Below are positions 52,466-64,000 of a DNA stretch of 64,000 nucleotides, piece after piece. Each line of letters opens with the position of its first letter. The first letter of the stretch is position 1. Both the position numbers and the translations under genes were made by a program. The notes under the pieces were generated by a model that worked only from the letters and a program-made list of their open reading frames with translations, was not told the origin of the DNA and made no database searches. This DNA is from Octopus vulgaris (taxonomy: Eukaryota): NCBI GenBank assembly GCA_951406725.2, contig OX597824.1, positions 69,068,001-69,132,000 of the forward strand, in the 5' to 3' direction.

Positions 52466-53067
52466 GTATGTATATATATGTCATATGCAGTTGTATGTGT
52501 GTATATACGTAATTGCATATGTATTGATACGTACAAACTATCTATCTAAATCTTTACGTGTTGTTGCTTGTTTGTTTGTTTGTTTGTTTGTTTGTACCAG
52601 TCGGATTAAAAACTAAAACATGGATGACAGGCAAAATTCTTGATTTAAAACACAAAAATATCAAATATACAAAACAAATCATATTTATAAAAAAATATTT
52701 ATTATTCTGGTTTTTGGGTTGGGGTATGGGTTTTCTTTTTCTTTTTATGTATTTATTTATTTATTTATTTATTTTTGTACTTTCACTCAAATTATAATTT
52801 ACGTTTATTCCGAATCATAATGTAACAGACTATTATTTAGGCATTATTATTTTACAGCTCTTTTCTCTTTAAATCATTTTAATCAGGTTTGGTTTTTTAA
52901 ATATAGAGGTCTCTAATTTGCAGTTCTCGAATTGAAATTTGACTAAACGATCTGCTATAAATTTTAATGATAGAATGGTAAAAATAACTTTGGCGTGGAA
53001 GCTGGAGAAGCAGAATTACACGCGCATAAAGATACTAGAGAGGTATTATTTAATTATATACGGTGTT

Positions 53068-53420
<353 letters not shown>

Positions 53421-54699
53421 GACAGATAGCTAAATAGCTAGAATAGTAGTTAGATAATTAGACTGACTGGTTGAAAGTGAGATACAAACACATATGTATA
53501 CATATAAAATGTGTATATAAGTATATATACATTTATATTACACTTACATACATACAAACATATAGGTTTGCATACATACATATATACACACATACATACA
53601 TATATATATGTGTGTGTATATATATATGTATATACATATATATACATATATATATACATATATACACACACATATATATATACACATATATGCATATATA
53701 TATGTATATATATATATACATATATACACACACACATATATATGTGTGTGTATATGTGCGTGTATATCTGTATATATATATATACATATATACATACGCA
53801 CACACACACACTCACACACATGTTCCACAGGTCTGGTTATTGTTTTGGATGGAATCTAAAAGCTAAAATATTTGCGATAAAGTTTTCCTTCGTGTAGCCT
53901 ATAGTCAGTTGACGACATATTACTGGTTTATTGCCAACGCGGTGTGCAGGGTGTGCACTCTATAGGTGCAGTATTATAATATAATTCTGTCCTTACAAAA
54001 TACGTAATTCTGTTCTATACAGAGGAGACGGTATTTTTTTAAAATGTCTTCCATTTTATCATTCTACTTTGGTTGTTGTGTGTACATACACATGCACACA
54101 CAAACACACATACATACATACATACATACATACATACATACATACATACATACATACATACATACATACTTACATGCATACACACACGCATATTGGTACG
54201 ATTAGATGCGTCGACGCATCACAATTAAATCACACAGGTTTCAGCTCTAATATTAATCGCGTTTAGCTCACAGGTTTTCCGTATCCGATGATGGGTTAAG
54301 ACGTAATACAGAAAAGCACAGGAATAATAAGAAAAGAAACGAACTTGAGCATAACTTTCTAATCTTTTATTATAATTACTACATATGTTTCAGTATTTGG
54401 CAACCCATGACGCCAAACTACAAATGCGACCATAATGTATCAACATACAATCATACATCATATGATTCGAACTTATACTCCGATGTCTTTACGAAGGACC
54501 ACTTCCGTGTGGGTAAAAGTGGCTATAAAAGGAATGCAGACGAGCAGATATGGAAACTGTGATGCGGATAAACATATTAAATATAACAGCTAGGTTTTGA
54601 TACACGAAACATACGAAGAGATGCTGAAATGTTCCTTGCTTTAAGGGTATCATGAAAGGCCTGCTCGGAGGCCCAAGATTCGTAGATTTTTTTTATAGG

Positions 54700-54960
54700 G
54701 TTTAGGAAAACTGTGTGTGTCCCCCCAGCTGGACGGGACGCCAGTCCAACGCAGCGTTACTCAAGAAACAGGAAGAGAGAGTGAGAAACAGTTGTGGCGA
54801 AAGAGTACAACAGGGGTCGCCCCCCCCCCCCCCGCCTGCCGGAGCCTCGTGGAGCTTTTTGATGTTTTCGCGCAATAAACACAAACAACACTCAGTCTGG
54901 GAATCGAAACCGCGATCCTCCGACCGAGAGTCCCCTGTTCTAACCACTGGGCTATTGCAC
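54700..54960 (-). mobile_element. SINE family C
   Basis: Matches the 10945 and 12215 copies. Confidence 0.85.
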
Positions 54961-54971
54961 GTTCCATTTAT

Positions 54972-55022
<51 letters not shown>

Positions 55023-55036
55023 TATATATATGTATG

Positions 55037-55073
<37 letters not shown>

Positions 55074-55076
<3 letters not shown>

Positions 55077-55473
55077 CGCAGAAGTGGCTGTGTGGTAAGT
55101 AGCTTGCTAACCAACCACATGGTTCCGGGTTCAGTCCTACTGCGTGGCATCTTGGGCAAGTGTCTTCTGCTATAGCCTCGGGCCGACCAAAACCTTGTGA
55201 GTGGATTTGGTAGACGGAAACTGAAAAGAAGCCCGTCGTATATATGTATATATATATATGCGTGTGTGTGTTTGTGTGTCTGTGTTTGTCCCCCTAGCAT
55301 TGCTTGACAACCGATGCTGGTGTGTTTATGTCTCCGTTACTTAGCGGTTCGGCAAAAGAGACCGATAGAATAAGTACTGGGCTTACAAAAGAATAAGTCC
55401 CGGGGTCGAGTTGCTCGATTAAAGGCGGTGCTCCAGCATGGCCGCAGTCAGATGACTGAAACAAGTAAAAGAG
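55074..55473 (+). mobile_element. SINE family A, full length
   Basis: A-box tggctgtgtggt, B-box ggttcagtcc, cttgggcaagtg CORE-like segment, internal TA/TG run, taaaagag tail. Confidence 0.92.
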
Positions 55474-55866
55474 TATATATATACATATATACACTAATTA
55501 GTGTTTTCTAAACCGAGAATCTCTGGATCTCTTCTGTTGACTGTACTTACATTCATAGTTACATGCATAGAGATATCCTACCATTCATACCTTTTGTGAC
55601 ATTCAAATGCATCAGATGACATTGTTTTTTTTTTCTAGAAAAAATCTTTCAAACATGATGGTAGCTATGCGCTTCTGCGATGTCTGTGGATATATATGTG
55701 TGTGTGTGTTTGTGTGTGTGTGCGCGTTTGTATGTATATATGCATATGTTGATGCTATGTATATGTAAATGAATGTACATATATACAGTAGATATATATA
55801 TGTAGATATATACAGTATATATATATGAGCGTACGTATATACGGTATATATATATATATATGTATA

Positions 55867-55955
<89 letters not shown>

Positions 55956-56136
55956 CTACACATAAGCAAACACACATACACATACACATACATGTATATT
56001 TGTGTACAGGAGAGAGAGATACGAATATGGATACGGAGATCGATATCAATATGGAAATTTCGGAAAAAGATATAACTGTCGCGTTTTATGGACAAGTGTG
56101 ATGTTTGTATACGTGTGTGAGTAAGTGTGTGTTTTG

Positions 56137-56173
<37 letters not shown>

Positions 56174-56340
56174 CGCGAGCGCGCGCGTGTGTGTGTGTTT
56201 GTGTGTTTGTGCCTGCGTGTGTGTCTATACATAATATTAAAAAGAACATATATATTTATATTGAAGTTTATTAGAAGCTTATTAAATACGGCAGCCTTGC
56301 TGATGGTGCTGCAGTAAAATGGTCTATTATGTAAGCGCAT

Positions 56341-56382
<42 letters not shown>

Positions 56383-56631
56383 GTTCATATAGATACATAG
56401 ATATAAGTGCTTATGTACGCTCTTCTATATAAATATACATGGCTATATATGTGACTGTCTGACCAGATATATATATATATATATGCATGACACATCTTCA
56501 TAAAGATATAAATCCATTTAAATATTCATTGACATATATACGAAGACACACGTTTTTTATATAATATAAATTTTACGTGTATATATTCACAAGTGACACT
56601 TCACAAATATACATACATACATACATACATG

Positions 56632-56698
<67 letters not shown>

Positions 56699-56908
56699 TA
56701 GATACATATATATACTTACACAGACAATGCACTACATACGCATGAATATGAATATGTATGAATACTGTATGGTTCTGAGAAGTGATGCATATATAAAGAG
56801 TGTATTTATGTATATATACGTATATACATACTTGCATGTATATATACATATATGTATGTGGTTATGTATATATTTATATATATATATACCTTTATAGATA
56901 TGTATATG

Positions 56909-56953
<45 letters not shown>

Positions 56954-57099
56954 ATATATATATATACATACATACATATATTCATACATATATACATATT
57001 CATGCACATACCACTGGTGGCGCCCCAGCATGGCCACAGATTTAGGGCTGAAATACTTAACTGACTACCCACATATATACATATCGTAACATGGTTCCA

Positions 57100-58950
57100 G
57101 TTCTCCACCTAAAGATCTAGATGAAAAGAAATTTTATCTGGTTGTCCATCACACTACAAATGCTAATAAATCTACCTTTGCAGGCTTCATGTTGCAGGCC
57201 TACCAATTTGGTTGATTTTGACTCCTGTTTCTCTTGCGTACTTCCATGGAGCATCCGACCATCTCAATGTCTTTGGTCTCTGGGGCGATCCGCAAAGCCT
57301 CTAGTTTCCGCTGTAGTCGCTCAAGAATCATTACACACAGAAGAGACACTGGAGAGCACAGCATTGACGGAGCGAATCTCTGAATATTTCCGATAGATGA
57401 CCATTCACTGTAACCACTGAGCAGGTTTCACTATTTTACAGTGATCTAGCTTTTGATGACGGGACGGAAACTGGTTGCTTTGGAAGAGAGCCACAAAATA
57501 GTGAGGGTAGACCCTGTCGACAGTATTTAATCGATCCGTGTTGATCAGAGACCTACTTATACTCGATCCTTTGCCCGCCCTCTCTTGTATATTGCATGAG
57601 CCGGAGGTTGTCGCAGGAAGATCAGTCAGAGATGTTGCATCAACAATCAACTTACGAACTACAATCACCAACGCTTTCGCTAAACCATCGACAAAATTTT
57701 GAAAAGAACATTCAACAAAGAGTCAAAACTTACCAATAGGATACCTCTTTTCGTGACCTTTCTCCGACGCTCTACCACCTCTCAACAGAGATTTTACTTT
57801 CTACTGCTAGTTATGTTAGATATATACCAACAAACCACCGAAAACGACAAGCTTAAAGACAAAAAGCAAATAGGGTAAATCATCAAAAGCGGCGAGTAAC
57901 TTCTGAAGCAGCTAGCCATTGTGTCCCGTATTTATGTGGCTTCTGTCAGCTTTTCACATCGTAACGCTTCCATGGTTGCAACTCGAGGTAGGCCGTCAAG
58001 ATTTGCAGTTAAGTGTGATCTGGCCCATCATTTGTCCCAAATTTGAGCAAAGTACTACTGAAAATCTACTTGGGATGAAGTAGTATGATCTTTATATGGT
58101 CCATGAAAGACAGAATTGTAGCTTTTTTTACCATGTCCCACCACTGCCATTTGGGCTTGGAAAACCGCTTGCGTTCCTTCGTGAAAGTACCTTAGCACTG
58201 ACAACAGCTTCATACTTCAATTGTGCCGGGAAAGGTATGTTCAGATTTCAGTAACCGAATGTTGTTCTTTGAAGTCTACCTAGATCGAAAGAACAAATCA
58301 AAAATATGTTTGTGTGGCCGACGTCTTTGAATTGCAAAGAGCCTGTGCCATCACTATCATCTACCCTAACGAAACTTTGTGATTTGTACCAGTCAACATT
58401 GGCACATTCGGAAAATCTAGTCGATACGAATCAGACAGTTGAAAAGTCTGACCAGATTTGAAACCTAACGTCTAGCTCCATACATTCCCAGGGTGCATTC
58501 AAGACACCTTTCTGATCTACAATTAGCAACAAAGAGCAAGACGTCCCAAGGGAAGTCTGTAGACTCCCTAAAATATGTGGTTATCCCGCATCTGTAGGAG
58601 GGTAGACGGTTACTAGTTTCAAGATATAGCCTCTGCTGTTGGTAACGTCCTGCACTACTGATTTCTTAATGCGTCTACAAAGATAATATTCATTGTGACT
58701 CCACTTCTAGATATTGGACAACTTGAACATGTATATATCTCATAACAGTCGAAGATGGCTGCGTAGACTTGAGTTTCATAAATTATGGTCTCGCTGATGG
58801 CCAGCATATTTAACTAGTTATTTGAAGAGTGGGTGGTCGAGGGAAATGAGAAGGGGGCACTTACTTTATTCCTGCGGAAGGACTGGTGATTCGTCCTTCT
58901 GGTAAATACTGGCTGTTTACACCAGTAATTCAAGGATATGGATAATTCAA
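57100..58950 (-). pseudogene. Decayed L1/Tx1-clade LINE ORF2 (APE endonuclease to RT)
   Basis: Minus-strand fragments resembling FLGTSxxLLLxGDWN (APE), SLINTDRLNTVDRVY (LDQSKAFDRV) and SLRQCC (SVRQGCPLSP); same family type as 15190-15680. Confidence 0.6.
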
Positions 58951-59227
58951 TGCTGACAGGATGTTCCAAATACAGAGTTACAGTGCCATAATAAATTGCG
59001 ATTGGTATTTCGCCATTGTTGTAATCAACACTAATATAGGCACACGCTCACAATTTGATGGTGCGAGAGATATTAAACACTTAAGCCTATGTCAGAAACG
59101 ACTATGATTTCAGTTAAATAAGCATTAGCCTTCGTTATTTAATTGAGATCGTCTCTGATGAATCAAACACATGGTCAAAAACATTCCAGAGATAATCCCT
59201 CTGTTATATTTTGGAAGGTATTTTATA

Positions 59228-59718
<491 letters not shown>

Positions 59719-60559
59719 ATTGTATATTTCAAATTACCTTACCAAATGCATCCATCTTTGTATAAGACAAGTAGGTGTGGTATGGAAGAAATTTAGCTGC
59801 TATCTCTTGTAAATGTAACTCTCTTTTTCTAGCGCCTAATTAGCACGGTTGTTGTACAAAACGATGCTGTTACGGGTGAAAATTGTGAAATGCTGTGATG
59901 TTCATGTATTTTTCCCTGTGTAAAATGATTTTAAATGGAACTGAGACTTGCATTAAAACTGGCTTGTATGCAAATGATCTCTTGCCGTATAATGTTCTTC
60001 TGTGACTTAATAAGGATCTCAAACATTGAAGTAAGGTCTAAAACAATTCAGGTTGTTTCTAACACAGACACGTGACCAGATATTTAGGGAGTGGTGTAGT
60101 CGATTTAATGGACCTTAGTACTTGAATGGTTCTTTATCATATCGATCTCGAAAGGATAAAAGCCAAATTTTGCTTTGGCGGGATCTAAGGCTGGAATATA
60201 AAGAGCCGAAACAAATACTATAAGTCCGGTACTCTAGCAGTTCTAACATTCCTCTTCATTATTTCTTATAGAAGTAAGGCTGGATCATAAGCACGTCGGA
60301 CAAAATGCTTAGTAGTAATTCGTTTGTCTTTACGTTCTATGTTTAAAGGCCGCCGAAGCCGACTTTGCCTTTCATTCTTTCGGAGACGATGAAATAAATA
60401 CCAGTTGGGCACTGGAATCGAATTAATCGTCTCGGAATGTAACGAACTCAAGCACTTCAGAAGATATTGTTCTACGCTCAAAGAATTCTACTAACCACCA
60501 ATATTAAACACCAAGACCATTAGAAAACACAACCAGATTTAACACCGAAACGCAAGTCC

Positions 60560-60615
60560 ACGAATATGGCGGCACGCCAGAGAGTGCAGCAGAAAACTGA
60601 CCGACCGGAAGCTGT
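60560..60615 (-). promoter_or_regulatory. Candidate TATA-less core promoter (ETS, Inr, YY1)
   Basis: Minus strand CTTCCGG-tcgg-TCAGTT then GCCGCCAT about 25 nt downstream, in a CpG-containing unique patch. Confidence 0.35.
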
Positions 60616-61087
60616 TGAAATAACATAGTTGATGATGAGAATAGTGAATAGTGATTTTAAAAAATAGGCAAAATGTCATAGAATATCACATATTTTGAAT
60701 GGATACGATATATTCTATTATATCGATCAAAGTCAACTTTGCTTTTCGTCATTTCGGAGTCGATAAAATAAGAAACAGTCGAACACTGGAATCGATGTAC
60801 TCAACTTACCTCTTCCATAAAATTTCTGGCTTTGTGCTAAGATTGCAAGAAATTATTATTGCTGTTCGTGAGCTAAAGGAATCGTTAAAACGACGGGAAA
60901 AGTACTTTGTAGTATTGGTTCTGGTCTTTTCAAAGTTTTAGTTTTAATTCCCGCAGTGATCAATTTTGCCATTCAAAATTTCGAGGCCGATCAAATAAAG
61001 TACCAGTGAAGTACCGGGATCGGAGTATTAACAAACCCTTTCTTCTTAAAAATTGCTGTGCTTCTGCTTTAAATTAGGAGCTTTCAT

Positions 61088-61498
61088 TACTCTTTTACTC
61101 TCTCTTTTTTACTCTCTTTTACTTGTTTCAGTCATTTGACTGCGACCATGCTGGAGTATCGCATTTAGTCGAGCAAATCGACTCCAGGACTTATTCTTTG
61201 GAAGCCTAGTACTTATTCCATCGATTTCTATTGCCAAACCGCTAAGTTACGGGACGTAAACATACCAGCATCGGTTGTCAAGCGATTTGTGGGGACAAAC
61301 ACAGACACACAAACACACACACACACGCACATATATATATACATACATATATACGGGCTTCTTTCAGTTTCCGTCTACCAAATCCACTCACAAGGCTTTG
61401 GTCGGCCCGAGGCTAGAGTAGAAGACACTTGCCCAGGGTGCTACGCAGTGGGAATGAACCCGGAACCATGTGGTTGGTAAGCAAGCTACTTACCACAC
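61088..61498 (-). mobile_element. SINE family A, near full length
   Basis: Reverse-complement match to 55074-55473. Confidence 0.9.
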
Positions 61499-61806
61499 AT
61501 TAATTTTATTTAGTCTCAAGTCAATATTTGATTGGAGACGGGTGTATATAATCGATTTATATTGACCTCAAAACACTCGGCAAATTTATTGAGAATCGAA
61601 ATTAGAGTCAAGTGCTGATATTAGAATGTTATAGGGGTTAAAATTCGTGACTCTTGGGCACATGGCCACACATTGGTTATTGTTATTGTTTGAGTTACTG
61701 TTTTTGAAATTGTTGCTCTTGTTATTATTGTTAACATTCTTGATGCTGTTGTTATTCTCATTGTTACACTTGTTATTGCTGCTGCTGCTAGTGCCACTGC
61801 TGCTGC

Positions 61807-61840
<34 letters not shown>

Positions 61841-62382
61841 GCCGTCGTGAGCGTTCTGACAGAATCGTTAGCGAGTCGGACAAATGAAGAAAGAGAAAAT
61901 CAGAAAGTAAGAGAGAGAGAGAGAGCGAGGGAGAAATTGAGAGAGATGTCATTACATGTAATCGATAATAATAGGTGACTGCTGTAGACAGTTTGTGATA
62001 ACAGTACAACTGACTTCAGTGAGATTCGACCTCGCAACCCAGTAATTGATAACTTGTAGAACGCAGCTACCATAAAATCGCAAAATCTTTGTATCTCGGC
62101 GAGGGAACGCCTTGTAGCAATGCGTCGCATGGTTCAAGTCTAATTATAATGGCGACATTAATGATGTTAACGACGACGCTAATGATTGTGGTGATGATGC
62201 TGGTATGGTGGTGATGATGATAATGATGATGCTGATGATGATGATGATGATGGTTATCATGTTGATGGTGTTAACGATAATGTCAAATAACAAAGAAGCA
62301 AATCACAAAATGTGTGTATGTATAAGCGTATATACAAATATGATGTGTGTATGAGTGTGTGTATATGTATTTGCGCTTACAT

Positions 62383-62429
<47 letters not shown>

Positions 62430-63181
62430 TATACATACACACAACTCTAGATATGTCTACGCATTGATTGTAGATTTCTAGATTTGATAGGATACAAGAG
62501 ATTTATTATATACTTAGGGCACAACAAAACATATACTCATTATGTATATATATGTATGTGTGTGTGTGTAATATATGTATATGTATATACATATACAAAC
62601 ATATATATATATGTGTGTGTGTCTATGTGGACTCGTGTGTGTGTGAGAGTTTGTGTGCAATCATATATCTATGCACACGCACACAAATATACAATGACAT
62701 ACATACATACATACATACATACATACATACATACATACATACATACATACATACATACATACATACACACAAAACTATATATCTTCATACATACACTTGT
62801 CCAGGATGCTACGCAGTGGGAATGAACCCGGAACCATGTGGCTGGTAAGCAAGTTACTTACCACACATTAATTTTATTTAGTCTCAAGTCAATATTTGAT
62901 TGGAGACGGGTGTATATAATCGATTTATATTGACCTCAAAACACGGCAAATTTATTGAGAATCGAAATTAGAATCAAGTGCTGATATTAGAATGTTATAG
63001 GGGTTAAAATTCGTGACTCTTGGGCACATGGCCACACATTGGTTATTGTTATCGTTTGAGTTACTGTTTTTGAAACTGTTGCTCTTGTTATTATTGTTAA
63101 CATTCTTGATGATGTTGTTATTCTCATTGTTACACTTGTTATTGCTGCTGCTGCTACTGCCACTGCTGCTGCTGCTGCTGC

Positions 63182-63214
<33 letters not shown>

Positions 63215-63915
63215 CGTGCTGACAGAATCGTTAGCGAGTCGGACAAATGAAGAAAGAGAAAATCAGAAAGTAAGAGAGAGAGAGAGCGAGGGAGAAATTG
63301 AGAGATATGTCATTACATGTAATCGATAATAATAGGTGACTGCTGTAGACAGTTTGTGATAACAGTACAACTGACTTCAGTGAGATTCGACCTTGCAACC
63401 CAGTAATTGATAACTTGTAGAAGGCAGCTACCATAAAATCGCAAAATCTTTGTATCTCGGCGAGGGAACGCCTTGTAGCAATGCGTCGCATGGTTCAAGT
63501 CTAATTATAATGGTGACATTAATGATGTTAACGACGACGCTAATGATGGTGGTGATGATGCTGGTATGGTGGTGATGATGATGGTGATGATGATAATGAT
63601 GATGATGTTGATGATGATGATGATGATGATGGTTATCATGTTGATGGTGTTAACGATAATGTCAAATAACAAAGAAGCAAATCACAAAATGTGTGTATGT
63701 ATAAGCGTATATACAAATATGATATGTGTATGAGTGTGTGTATATGTATTTGCGCTTACATACACACACACACACACACACACACATACACACACATGCA
63801 TACATATACATACACACATCTCTAGATATGTCTACGCATTGATTGTAGATTTCTAGATTTGATAGGATACAAGAGATTTATTATATACTTAGGGCACAAC
63901 AAAACATATACGCAT

Positions 63916-63946
<31 letters not shown>

Positions 63947-63947
63947 T

Positions 63948-64000
<53 letters not shown>
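61425..64000. repeat. Tandem duplication, period ~1368 bp; second copy runs off the window
   Basis: 61425-62792 is repeated from 62793, with scattered substitutions and microsatellite length differences. Confidence 0.92.

Overview
AT-rich, microsatellite-saturated animal non-coding DNA. The SINE repertoire looks like Octopus (coleoid cephalopod); this is recognition from memory, not a database hit. No intact host protein-coding gene is supported, and almost every ORF in the track is a translation of simple repeats. The real content is: (1) dozens of tRNA-derived SINE copies, CORE-like and Nin/Deu-domain types, some as tandem multimers; (2) decayed LINEs: an R4/Dong-like RLE 3' end embedded in (TAA)n, two L1/Tx1-like fragments, a CR1/L2 3' end and an RTE-like non-autonomous element; (3) a full-length dead mariner with TIRs; (4) MITEs of Tc2-like, mariner-like and hAT-like type, plus a Merlin-like MITE with an 8-bp TSD nested in a hAT MITE; (5) decayed Helitron Rep and possible helicase remnants; (6) several unrelated minimal type-I hammerhead ribozyme motifs of the Penelope/retrozyme kind, beside (TA)n or (CA)n tracts. 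The most notable structure is a ~535-bp hammerhead-containing unit arranged as two direct plus two inverted copies at 47.6-49.4 kb. There is also an ~11-kb zone with no recognisable TEs and short motif-rich unique islands, a candidate TATA-less promoter near 60.6 kb, and a 1.37-kb tandem duplication at the right end. All coordinates were read by eye and may be off by a few bases.
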